From Puccinia triticina (taxonomy: Eukaryota): 64,000 bases of DNA. Shown piece after piece: positions 40,759 to 53,506 of this stretch. The notes below the pieces were generated by a model. It was not told the origin of the DNA, ran no database searches, and worked only from the letters and a program-made list of their open reading frames with translations. How positions within the stretch are numbered: position 1 is the first letter of the stretch; each line of letters starts with the position of its first letter. Where the stretch lies: NCBI GenBank assembly GCA_026914245.1, contig CP110439.1:310001-374000 (forward strand), read 5' to 3'. A program made the position numbers and the translations under genes.

Positions 40759-43700
40759 ATGTCATCCTACTTGACAAAATCTTTGATCCTACTGGTTGCT
40801 TTTTCGAGCCTCAATACCACAAATGTTCAGGCTAGTCTGACTGATCATCATCCCCAAGTCCAAAATGCGGCTGAGGAATTCCCAACTGTTCTACCTGATC
40901 GATCAAACCTGGACTCGTCGCGTCGCGGCAATAGCAATGGTGATGCGAGTGGTACTTCAAACTTTAACTTCGAGGTAACACCCGCTCCAGATGGCTATGA
41001 AGAGTGGTCTTCACCGGTCGTGTATGCACTTTTGTTTTCTTCTCTTCTCCTTCATCTGCCTTCTTGCGCGCCTTGGGTATAGTTTTCCTGCTTGCCTTAG
41101 ATATCCAAATTGACCTCATGACTCTTTATAGATAAAAACCTCTATTTCCGCTTCTGTAATTGAGCAAACAAATTAACCATGTGAACATTTGTTTAAAATC
41201 CAGGCTCCCAACACCTGTTCAACAAGGTAGCTCTCCTTGGACGGACTCCATCAAACGCGCCAAGAACTTTGTTGCTGAACTAACTATCGAAGAAAAAGGC
41301 AAGCTAGCAAGCAGATCTCATGGCCTTACAAAAGTATTTTCTCAAACTGAGTGGACCCAATCTAACGTTTCCCTGTTCTATGAGCCATCCATAGTTAATT
41401 TGACAACCGGCTCAGGCATCCAAGGTAGATGTGTCGGACAAACAGGAACTGTGCCCAGGTTGGGCTTTCATCAACCGATTTGTTTACACGATGGCCCAGT
41501 TGGAGTCCGATCAACCGATTTCAACTCCGTCTTTCCGGCTGGAATTAATATTGCTGCCACTTTTGATAAGACTCTCATGTTTAAACGCGCCCAAGCTTTG
41601 GGCCAGGAGTTCCGGAATAAAGGCGTCAACGTTGCACTTGGTTAGCATGGGGTGTATTTTGGTTTCGTGCAAACAACTCACAACCATCTTGAAAATAGCC
41701 AAGCAAAAAGAACAAACATCTCATCTTTGATTTCGCAATTGACCTTTTGCTGATCAGCCCCGATGACTAATCTTATGAGGACTCCAGAGGCTGGGCGTTC
41801 CTGGGAAGGTACAGCCTGAAAAATCATTTCCGTTCATCCTTTTTGCTATTCAGCCTTCAAATTATTAATTCCCATTCATGCAGGTTCGGGAGCCGACCCT
41901 TACATGGCAGGCGTTGCTACCGCGCAGGCAGTCCTCGGGATACAATCCACTCGCGCCTCGGCCTGCGTCAAGCATTACATCGGCAACGAGCAGGAACACT
42001 ATCGAGGTGGGAGTGGTGGAATAGCCGCCAGCTCTAACATCGACGATCGCACGCTCCGTGCGTTCACTTTCTGTCTTGAGCTGCCTCTCTTTATTTCTTC
42101 TTTCACAGTTTAAGAATTGCTTATTTGATTGTAGGTGAACTCTATGATTGGCCTTTCGCTGAGGCAATCCACGTTGGAGTGGACTACATCATGTGTTCAT
42201 ACAACCGTATCAACCAAACTTATGCTTGCGAAAACTCGAAGATGATTAACGGCGTGGCCAAAGGAGAGCATGGATTTCAAGGGGTGTTGGTCACAGATTG
42301 GGCTGCCGCTGCATCAGGCGTCAGGACATCCTTGGCTGGTGCTGACATGAATATGCCTGGGTTCATGGAGTATGGTCAACCGTCGGAGTCCGACCCTTCA
42401 ACCGCGCAAAGCTCTTACTGGGGCGTGAGGATGATCGAGGCTGTCAAGAATGGCTCAGTGCCGATTCAGAGGATTGACGATATGGTCACCCGTGTGATCT
42501 CGACGTACTACAAGCAAGGGCAAGACAAGCCAGATTATCCAAGATTGAACATGGGCAACTTCGGCCAAGGCACGGCAGACCAGCAGAGGACTCTCAACAA
42601 GCACGTCAATGTCCAAGCAGACCATTATAAACTGATTCGGGAAATCGGCGCAGCATCAACGATCCTTCTCAAAAATACCAACCACGCTCTTCCATTGAAA
42701 TCGCCAAAGAAGTTGAAAAAAGTCGTGGTCATCGGTAGCGATGCCGGCAACAATCCCAAAGGTATCAACTCATGTGTTGCCAGAAGCTGTGATCACGGTA
42801 CTCTGGCAGCCGCATGGGGCTCCGGTACGGCCAACTTCCCGTACTTGATCGCCCCAGCTACCGCTATTCGGAAGTACGTGACGGAGGCCAATCCATCCAT
42901 CATCTACCAAGCAATCTTCGATAACTACGCCTACAAGGAAGTCGCTGAAGCTAGCGCACAAGCTGATGTTGCAATCGTGCATGTTAGCTCAGATTCAGGT
43001 GAAGGCTACCTCACTGTTGAAGGGAATGCGGGGGATAGAAACAATATAAGCTTGTGGTACAATGGAGATGATTTGATTCTAAAGACTGCTGAAGTCTGCG
43101 ACAATGTTGTGGTTGTCATCCACTCTGTCGGTGCAGTAGATATGGAGCCTTGGATTAATAATCGAAACGTAAAAGCTGTACTGATGGCCGGGCTACCGGG
43201 TCAAGAAAGTGGCAACTCGGAGGTTGATGTACTGTGGGGGAAAGTTAACCCAGTTGAGTATATCGACTTCCATACTTTTTTCCCCTGGAGATCTTACTCT
43301 TCTGATGTTATCTGCCTTTTAAAATGCCTCGAAACTTTCTGCAAACACCTTCAAACCTTTACTCACAGTCTGCGAGACTACCGTATACTGTCGCTAAGAA
43401 ACACTCAGATTATCCTGCTCGAGTGCTTTTCAATTCCCACCTGAAAGTCCCTCAAATCACTTACTCTGAGCAACTGAAAATTGACTACAGGCATTTCGAC
43501 ACACACAACATCCAGGTTGATAATCTTCACCGTCCTTTCTAATAATGATGAACGTAATAAGACTGTGCTAATAATTTCCCCTCATCACTTTTGGCCGAAC
43601 CAAAGCCTCGCTTTGAATTTGGATTTGGTCTGTCTTACACGACCTTCAAGTATGACTCCTTGAGTGTTTCAAAATCAGCCCCAGGCTCCTCTCGACGAAA

Positions 43701-44250
43701 AGCGCAAACAATGTGGTCCAAAATGTCAACAGGGGCCTCACTATACGAAAACCTGATCAACTTACAATTCCGAATCACTAACACCGGTATCATTTCTGGA
43801 AACGAGGTTGCTCAAGTGAGTCGGCCTCTTGATTGATTGGCTGTGCTCTTGCTACCTGAATAGCTGAAATCAATTTGATCATGCGTGAAGTTGTACGTAG
43901 GCTTCCCTGCCGAAGTCGGTGAGCCGCCTAAAGTGCTCAGAGGTTTTGAACGCGTTTTCCTGGCTAAAGGGGAAACCAAAACTGTATCCCTTGACCTGAG
44001 AAGGAAGGATCTATCATATTGGTAAGTTACATCCCTGTTCCATCCCCCTGTCACGACACACACCCAAAGAGAAAACCATTCCTCATACGAGTATTATTAT
44101 TAAGATAGCGGAATAATAACAAGCTGATACGTGTCTGTTTACCTTAGGGACGTCATTAGTCAATCTTGGAAGGTTCCAAACGGATCTTTCAAGTTTATGA
44201 TCGGGTCTAGCAGTCGAAAAATCCACTTAATCCAAGAATTAGAAATGTAG
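40759..44250 (+). CDS. Secreted GH3 beta-glucosidase, copy 2 (tandem paralog), multi-exon
   Basis: Same motifs and matching intron positions as copy 1; signal peptide MSSYLTKSLILLVAFSSLNTTNVQA. Confidence 0.95.
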
Positions 44251-46304
44251 TCATCCCAATTACCAAATTGAACAGAGTTATTTATCTAGATCCATTCATA
44301 CCCAACAATCCCGGATACTTCGAATCAATCCATCCTATTAATATATGAATTGTATTATGTTCCTTCTTGACATTCCTTCCTTTATGCACGAACTTGTTCT
44401 CTATGACAGCTTCACAAATTCAGTTTTTCTTGAAAGTTGCACTCATTTTTCGTGATGCGGAATGTTCAACATTCCAGAGAATATGATCATATCTTAAGCT
44501 TATGAGATCTTCCCCTAAATTGACAAACAGGTTTGCCGCGACTGAATAATACCCAACTTTCTCAGCTTGAAATATAACCTAGCTTAACAAAGCCACTCCA
44601 ACGGAGGGTCCGGGGAACAAAGCTTCGCGTGCGACAGGAGTCACCAGGAAGGACTTGTGCTATGTTAAAAATGTAACACTGCTCCATATCATCTCATTCT
44701 CTTACGTTTGTATCTATCAGGGGTTCTGAACTTCTGCGGATAAGTTTCGTCTGGTTTGTTAGCCGGGTGTGCCACCTGCAAGTTGAATCTGCGTCAAGTT
44801 GCATGAGAACACCTCGGAGACACTGGTGAAAGACGAACAAAGCTTCGGCGGATTGTTGAACTTTGAAGTTTACCTGTGGAGAGAATTTGTGCTCGGTTAT
44901 TTGTTAGGAACACTAGCTGGATGATGATTAAGGTTTTGTTTCGATTTGTGTTGCTTCATTTCTTTGCCTCTGACATGGATGGAAGTTAAACTGGTTGCTC
45001 ATGGAGGCCACACGACTCGACGAGGACTCCATGTGACAAATGGAGCATTCGGAATGTAGTTTATCTGTTGACCTTCCAGCTGAGGAGTCTGCCAGTGCCA
45101 TACACACTATCTCAGCTCAAAAATGTTGGTCGATCTCCCGGCAAACAGTCGTCTTCTTTCCCAATTTAGTTCGACCTCCGGATGGATCTTCAAGCGCCAA
45201 AGGCGGGAGCTGGGAGACACGGACGTTCGCGTGTGGATGCTGGGGTTCAAGCGATCATCAGCAACTGAATTTCTCGGAGGGGGACTTTCAAGAAGCCCTC
45301 ATGGGCCATGATCGCCGTTACAAACATTCAAATATCTATTAAATGTCTTTCTTTGGTCTTAGGGCTCCTCATGCAGTAAGTGCCAGCCGGGCTTTCTCGA
45401 GTAGTGATCTCACTCTGGAGATGTTTTCTTCGAGGCTGATTTTCTTTGGGCATATTCAAGCTCGTTGGATCCAGCGCATCATTCCCTCGGCTGCAATCAA
45501 CTCGAAACATCGTCCTCCCTAGCTCATGGTGACTGTCAAGCAGCGGCCTGTCTCCGCATGGACTCTCAGCACTTAGGGCTGCTATCTATCGCCTGCTTCC
45601 TGTCATGTCAGTCTAGCGCGCGCTTGGACAACTCTTGATCACACTCTTGTGGATCCCGAAGTAGCAGGAAGGAAATGCTTGTTGTGGCAAGTTCTTCATC
45701 AGTCAAATTCTCCAAGCAAGGTTTGCCAAGAAACTCCTGCTCTCCCCTCCTGGGCTCTCTCCTGCATTTCGCTCAACCAGCCTGTGAGCCTGTTTTCGTG
45801 CTCTTTTATTTTACTTTTCCGCTAATCATACTCTTCGTTGGCTGCCAGATCGTCGTCCGGCTGTTTTTTTTCGGCCCTCCCCTGTTTTCCAACCCAATTT
45901 GTCGCACAGCACAGCACCCTCCTTATTATCAACAAATTCAAGAAAATACAACTCCACTCACTTCCACACACACACACACATTTATCTACGCTGCCAAACC
46001 TAGCCGTTCCTTTTCCTCGTTTGAGCTGTTTCACGTGAGATAAATCATCATTCCAATTATTACTATTGGCATTATTTTTGTTGTTGTTATCCCCTCAAGT
46101 TTCGAAAGAACCCATAAGTTTCGGTGGTAGGAGAATATTATTGGTTGTCGTTTGATAACAGACACCTCCGGCACACTTACCTAGGAAGAATCATATTGAC
46201 GACATTTGTCCAGCCCACGACTAACTGCGATAATTTATAGAGAGCTTAAAATATCCCCCTCAGCGGTCTGAATTTTTTTCTTCACCGGTAGACTGCAACA
46301 GGAA

Positions 46305-48200
46305 ATGAGCATGGTCTCGCATGTCGAAATATGTGAAGGCCTTACAGAAGATGGCCAGCCGACTCGAGTGATAAAAATCATTGAAATCTTTGTGAAGCAA
46401 TCCACAGAACCCACGCAATCCACTGTTGAGCGCTCACCCTTCAAGGCAACCGGCCCGAATCACTTCGACTGCCTGCCTGATGAGTTGCTCGAACGCATCA
46501 TGAACTTTGCTGGGATGACAAACGGCACCTCGGCCGCAATCAACATGGACCCTTACGAGGCGGGCTGGAAGGACGAAGAGGAAGTGATTCAGTAGGTTCC
46601 AGGACCGGCTTGCCCCTCCAAAATAATTTATAATGACTTTTACTTGAGCTGACCCAGCAGTTGTCAATCTGGATTTACAGGGATGCGGTCGGCTTTAGGT
46701 CTTCGATGGGAACGCTTCGTCAGGTCTGCTGGCGGTTTTTCCGTCTGGCAACACCACTGTTCTTGAAACGCCTGGTGATCTGTGACGCGAACTGGGGCCA
46801 TCGTCCGTTGGACCTGATCCTGAGACTCAGCAAACTCTTGGGTGCCACCCCGGCCCACGCATCTGTCACCGGGAAAGAACAGCCGGCGATCCGGCAGCAT
46901 CTAGGGTCTCAAGTACCCTACGGCCACCATGTCCGACAGCTAATTTTTTCCAATCGAACAATCCCGCCGAGATTGGTGTGCCAGTTACTCGAAACGATCC
47001 ATTCCTTGCTTCCCAATCTCACCGCACTCGGAGGTCTCAGTCTGAGCCACATGCCGAGGTTACTGAGTCCGGCTATCCGCTTTCCTCGGCTGGTCTCGAT
47101 CACCGGAATCGACTTGGCGGCGTCCTCAGAGCTCTGGACAGCAGGGCAGGACTACCCGGCAGATTCTGTGGAGACGCCGACGCTCATGGCCGGCCCGAAC
47201 CAGTTCATCTCCCAGGAAGTCTTCCTCGGAATCTTGAACCATCATCCGCACATCTCCTACCTCTCTTGTCGCGGATTGCAGATCGATGAGGCCGGCGCAA
47301 ACCGGCTCTCAGCCCTCTTACGCGCTAACCAACTCGCGATCGCATTGTTGCCATCACCTCTACGCACCGGACAATTCATAGGACTCAAGATGTTACACAT
47401 CGGGCTTAATTCTGTAATCGACCTCCAGCTCGTTAGACTATTACCTCATGTAGCACCCCATTTACAACAGTTTGTCAAAATAGTACCCTCAACCACCTAA
47501 TCAATCCATACCCACTAGCTGACACATGGGCACTACATGTGTATGTGCGCTGACAGGTTGCACATCGATGCGGGGTGCAAACTGGAAGATAAATCGACAG
47601 ACAGCTCTCGAGCCTGGTCGATGACCGAACTCCTTGGGATGCTTCCTCGACTAACTCATCTGACCTTTATTGCTCAACGCAATCTGCCCAGTCGACATGG
47701 GTCGCTAGGGTGGGCATCGTCAAATGAGGTCCTCAGAGTAAGCTGTTTGCTTGGACTGATCTTGACCGAATGCTGATAGCTTCTCTCGCCCCCCCTACTA
47801 CAACCATCCGATACCGTCTTCGCATTTTGCCTACTCTTCTTTTTTTTCAAATTAGTTTTCCCCTTGTGTCCAATCACTAAATCTTCGAATGGATTCGTTC
47901 ACAACAGCCAATTTTTTTGACAGCCTTAATGACGACTCGATGACTCTTCGCCAACTAAACGTCTGGCATCGACCGACGCTAAATCTGAACCCGGCTTCGG
48001 AGAGCTGGTCGATCATTTCGTTTGACTCTCCGCAGAAACTTCTCAAATTGGGTCACGCTGTCCGCACGATGAAGAAGGCCGGGCTCGAATGGCCAACGAA
48101 CGAGAATCAGCAGAGGGATCTCTGGTTGAAGCTCAAGGCGTTGACAAATCTAGACTTGCTCGAAGAGCACAGGGTTGATAGCTCTTATGATGACCTCTGA
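46305..48200 (+). CDS. F-box protein with an LRR-like C-terminus, spliced
   Basis: FDCLPDELLERIMNF, then LRQVCWRFFRLATPLF, followed by LPNLT.L / LP.LTHL type repeats. Confidence 0.75.
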
Positions 48201-48958
48201 AGTCGTGTTAGTTTTTCTACATCTTTCAATCTGGAAATTCTACCATAGCGTTGTAACATTTACCCCAGCAAATCCTGATAACGCAACGACCTAAGAAACT
48301 GGCCAATCCCCCTTGACGAACGCCAACTCAATACATTTTATTTTCCCCTTATTCTCCCCTGTCAATTCATGTATATCGTCCTTTCCACTTCATTAGATAA
48401 ATTAGATCATTTTGAGCAGTCCAAACCACTTTTAATTTCATTAATGTTTTCTCCTTCGTTCTTGGCTTCTCAACCCCATGTCCATTTTATCTTACATGTT
48501 TGCCTCTCTTTTTATCTTCAATGATCCTCAATCGGAACCTTTCCATATTACTCCCTCCCTCCGGATCGCAAATTTCATTTTTCTGTCTACATATCTTATC
48601 ATCAAAGTGCAAACGAGGCCAGTTCAACTTGAAAAATGATCATACAATTTTTATCACAAAGCTTCCGTCTGCTTCGTGATTGTTGAAAATGACAGGCTCC
48701 TAATATGATTTGTTTGATGAAAGTATATGCATTAACATATTAAAACTGGGATTATATTTTCCAATGTGAATTGTGAAACTTCATTTACTGCTGGTTTGCT
48801 AAATCATTAATCCAACTGTGCTGAAGTGAGGGTTGCTGTGTTCTGGGTTGGTGTTTTATGGTTCAGTGGGCACCCCTTTAAAAGCAACACACCAGTGTCA
48901 ACTGCAAGTAACAACCATCTGTGAGCATGCATGGGATTGAACAGAGGACTAGGGTTAA

Positions 48959-49396
48959 GTGAAAAAACTCAAGAAACTGCTGCCAGTTGAACTGCAATAT
49001 TACAAAGTGATGAATTTTCAGCTGAGGCCGGGGGAAGAAGAAGGAAAAACAGGCCTGAGGAGGAAAGCTCAAGGCTGGGAACAAAACAAGGAAGCCCAAG
49101 AAGGGGCTAAGCTGCTTAGCTGTGAAGGGGAAAAAAGGCCCCTCACTACAAGAGACTCTCAGGTCTCAGGGAACAGGTACAGGCACTGATGAATTTTCAT
49201 TCCTAGTCTGTCCGGATATTTAAGCTCTTACAAATGTGGGACAAGATGTGGGACAGAAGGCGGAGATGAATATGCACCTGGAAGGAGAAGGGAATGAGTG
49301 ACAGGCAATGGACTGGGAAAGAAGAGAGGGAGAGACTTGAAAGCGCCTTTGTAATATTGCAGGCCAACTGGCAGCAGTTTCTTGAGTTTTTTTCAC
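48959..49396. repeat. ~50-bp inverted repeat pair enclosing ~340 bp (MITE-like relic)
   Basis: 48959-49007 gtgaaaaaactcaagaaactgctgccagttgaactgcaatattacaaag is the near-exact reverse complement of 49347-49396. Confidence 0.75.
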
Positions 49397-51399
49397 AGTG
49401 GTTTAGTTGGAAGGTGGACAGTCATACTGAAAAACACAATGGAAACCATGAACCCTGGAAGTTATTTCCCTCAAACTGTTGGCAGCTTGCCTCAAAAAGC
49501 ATGCCACTAAGTGAGAGGTGTGTTTTCTCAACAACTGGGGGAAAGGTGGGCAAGAAAACAAGCCTGAGACAGAAAGCTTACACAGCCTTCTCTCCAAAGG
49601 CTCACATTTCAAGTTGTCCAGATGGCCTGAGTATTTGGTGAATCTTATGATAGTTTTGAGCAAATTTTCCTCTCAAAAAAATTCTAAAGGTATCTTCCAG
49701 GTATCTTGGAAATGACTGGTCCAAAAATGTCACATTCCTCTGAAGTTGTAAATTATAGCCTGGTGTTGAAATTTTATCATAGCTCAAAATTTACACAATA
49801 TTACTTCAGAGGGGATGGAGAAAAAAAAATGATATTGAAGCTTCCCTAAATGGCAAACTTAAAAAATTCCCTTTGGGGGTGAACTCCCAAAGCAAGCCTG
49901 CATCAGGAGGGACTTACCCCTTAGCTCCCCAAACTTGCACACCAAGAATGGATTTTCAAGGTATTTTGTTTATTTTTTCTACAGCTCACCCACCACATTG
50001 ACTCCTTGTTTATTAGCTCAATGTCATTAGAACATGCTGGAGAAAAGGGTACAGATGTTTACATCTCCCTTCTTGTGGAGAGAAAAATGTGGAAACTGTG
50101 TTGTTGAGCACAGACCCTTTCCGTGCAAAATCCTCATTTTGCGTATATTTAAAGATTTTTTTTGGGCCAGAAGGAATGTTGTGAAGTTACCCAAATTCTG
50201 TAGGTTGGACAGGCACAAGCTAGTCTTTCACCTAAGCAACTTTATTCCAAAGAAAGACATGGAAGCAAGGAATTACAGAAGTTTGAAAACTCCTGCCACC
50301 TAAATTTAGAATCTTGCCCCTGCAAAAAGGGGCATTAAGACACAAGTCCCTCCTGCTGAGGGCTGTTGGAGGCTCACTTTGCAAGACACACACCCGCAAC
50401 AGCAAGGGACTTTGTTGAGTTCACCTAAAGGAGATTTAGCCAATTTTTATTGGGTGATATGGGGGGCTCTCCATTCCTGTACACAGCGGCTCAAACCCAA
50501 CCCCCTGGGGGCAGTTTCCTAGGTGGCCTTGGGACCCAGAAAAAAAAAAGGTGGGTCATGGGGGTGATTTGTAACTTCATGCTCCTCTGGTGCCCTGACA
50601 GACTACAATACACTGCTGGGTCCCCCCAAATGTGTGAAAGACAGTTGAATAGGGGTGCAGAATTATGACACCAACTTGGGCCAGCTTGAGGCTAACAGGG
50701 GACCTTGGGGTCACCATTGCCAAAAAACAACTTGCCAGAATAACTCAAACACCTAGCATCCAAAAATGAATTATCAGGAGTCCTGTTCTGAAAACTGCAC
50801 CACACACTTAATGCTTAGGATTTCTGCATAATTATAAGTTTTCCTTACACATTTGAAAGTTCAGTGCATTTTGCAACATTTTCAGGGAAAAATCATGAAA
50901 AGTCAAAAAAGAAGAGTTGTTTTCTTGTGCCCTTGAATGGCAAAGAATTTTTGGAGGTAGTTGTGGGAAGATGAAAAGAAATTTAGCCTATGCAGAACTT
51001 GTCTTGTTGATGGAAGCGACCCACTGTGTGGCAATGTTGTTGACTTGCAGGGGTCACAGACATTGGTGGCCCATGTAGGTGGCTATGAGGGGGTGAAACC
51101 CCACCAGTGATGCCCTTGGGGCACCTTAGATATTATAGGGCCCCTGGGGTGCAACAGCCCAATATTCACCAGGGCAGCAACCAGTGGCGCCCCCAGGCCA
51201 GCGTAAAGCTCCAAAGTGTTTCTGAGAAACGTTTTCTGAGTTCAGAAAGGGATATAGGAGGGAACCTCTGCTTTTCCTGGGTTGCTAGACACTAAAACAA
51301 GCCCCCCAATGTTGGATTGGAAGGTTTAATGTGGTGATGGTGGAGATGTATCAAAAGATAGCCTACATTGAGCAGGTGTCTTAGGGATTATGGGTGATG

Positions 51400-52489
51400 T
51401 AACTGTTGTTGAGTGACTTGTAAGTTGATATGATCCTTGTGTTGCCACAAAGGGGTTGTGGAACACCCTGGCAGAGGGTTTACTGGTGAGTGAGTACTTA
51501 GTAGAGTTGTGATGTGTATGTAATAGGGGGGTTCACAATTGAAATTTAGGACCCATTTTAAGGTTTTTATGAACATATTTTTGAAAATTGGATACACCAA
51601 ACAGTGTGGTAGACAAAAGTGGGAAAATAAAAAAGGTTTTTTCTATGCCACATAATTACTCATACTAGACCTCAAGATACCACAAAATGGACCCCAGAAA
51701 TGGATTCTACGGCCAATCTCACCCCTAGTCACCACTGGAAGCACCCCTGGGCCCCCTCTAGTGTGGAAGTTACACCTCATGGACACCTATCACACGGCCA
51801 GCCCCAGTAACCCAGCTGTCACCTGCCTCAACCCAAGTTTCACAGTAGTACACTTATACAAATCACAGGATACAAAGTACATCTCCCTGTTAGGCTACAC
51901 TCATTACATATTAGCTAAATACACTCCTTTATATACATAGTATGACATCATTTACACTGTTTCTGCAGCCTGAGACTTTGTGTATACAATAACACCAGGC
52001 ATGCTTGGGGGGCACTCCCCTGGGAGTGCCTTACATTGAATTTCTTTGATAACTCAGTGCAATGTCTACTGCATCATATGTGTAATCAGACATGAAAAGA
52101 TACACAAGTATATATGAAGTATCCATAACTCAGCTGGAACTCTTCTGTAACTCAGTAGTAACTAAACTGGACCACAGAACAAAGTGTCTGTAAAAAAAGT
52201 TTAACTAAAGTTTAAAGCACCACTCACACATTGTTTGTACCCAAGGGTGAAGTCAATCTGAATGGTGTTGGAACGATTTCATCCTCTTGTACCTGTTGCT
52301 GTGGCCTCAACAGAATGTGATTGGTTTGTGATTTGTCACCCTATTTTACGTGTGGACAATAGGGTGACAAGCCATAGTCCATTAGGGCAGTCACAGCTAA
52401 ATATTTCTTAAATTTTACCCTTATTTACTCAGCAGAAACCCCCCTCTGGTATGAAAAGTTTCTGATTTGTCACCCTATTGTACGCGCGT
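51400..52489. mobile_element. Left arm of a CpG-depleted foldback repeat (putative DNA transposon relic) interrupted by the retrotransposon
   Basis: 52316-52489 is inverted against 60830-60998. ~51963-52030 is inverted against ~61440-61506. ~51527-51600 is inverted against ~63045-63122. Confidence 0.65.
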
Positions 52490-53347
52490 TATGGACTCCT
52501 GTCAGGTCTGAGCTGAGGCAGTCTGTTGAGGGGAAGGTGCTGAGTGCTGCCCTTGTCGGTGGTCCTGCAAAGTATTTGGGTACGGGTCAAAAGATGTGAT
52601 AGCGGTGGCGAGGGGATTTGTTGAGAGGGAACGAGGGAGTTGGAATACCCTCGGCGGTATTGGTTGGGTAGAAAAGCTCGGAAAGAGGAAAGAAAAACGC
52701 TAAAAGAAGCCGGCGCGGTCGTCGGAGTATCAGGGGGTGATTAGATGAAGGGAGGAACTCAGAAGACTTGGGTACTCAAACTCAAAAGAAGATGCGGAAA
52801 TGGATCGACACCATCCGGGATCAATAAACTCAGAAAACGTGATGATATCTTGTTCCTTATGGGGGGGAGACCAGAATACCATGCGGATCCCTCCTCCAAG
52901 TTCGGCTGAACTTGGAGTCAGGGCCGCGACATGCCGCGCGACAAGCCCTCGTGCCCGCCGCGCCCCTACAACTAAGATGAGCAGAGGAAGAAAGAGAACA
53001 ACCAAAGAGACAAAAACCGAAAAAAAAGGTTGAGGAAACAAACAAAACCAAAACAAAACCGCCACCAACTCAACCATCCAACGCGCGCAAGGAAGAAACA
53101 TAAAAAGAAAAACATATGTAACAAAATAATAAAAGAAAGAGAAATCAAAGACAAAACAAACCAACACAAAGAAAGGGAAAGGAGAAAAGAAAAGAAAGGA
53201 AGGAAAAGAGGGAGAGAGAAATTAGAACAGGAGCCTGGAAAGATCTTGAGGATGTTGCTCGCGCCGCCTGCCGGGAATTGAGTGTCTTGATGATCTTGAG
53301 GCCTTGTTCCTAGTGTCTTGACCCTGAGTACGCGCCAGAACCCCACA
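52490..53347 (-). repeat. 3' LTR (858 bp)
   Basis: Direct repeat of 59971-60829 with roughly a dozen differences counted by eye. Confidence 0.97.
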
Positions 53348-53356
53348 TCTCCTCCC
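53348..53356 (-). promoter_or_regulatory. Polypurine tract
   Basis: GGGAGGAGA on the minus strand directly before the 3' LTR. Confidence 0.85.
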
Positions 53357-53506
53357 AGGTTGCAGTCTGTCCCTAGACTGCGCGCCATTCCTCGCCTACA
53401 TGCTGTTGGACCAAAAAAGGAAAACCAAGACGGAGTGGCTCACAGAGTGGCATGTAATGTTTTGACGCGCGTAGAGAACCCTCGAGATGCATACACATGG
53501 GAGGAC

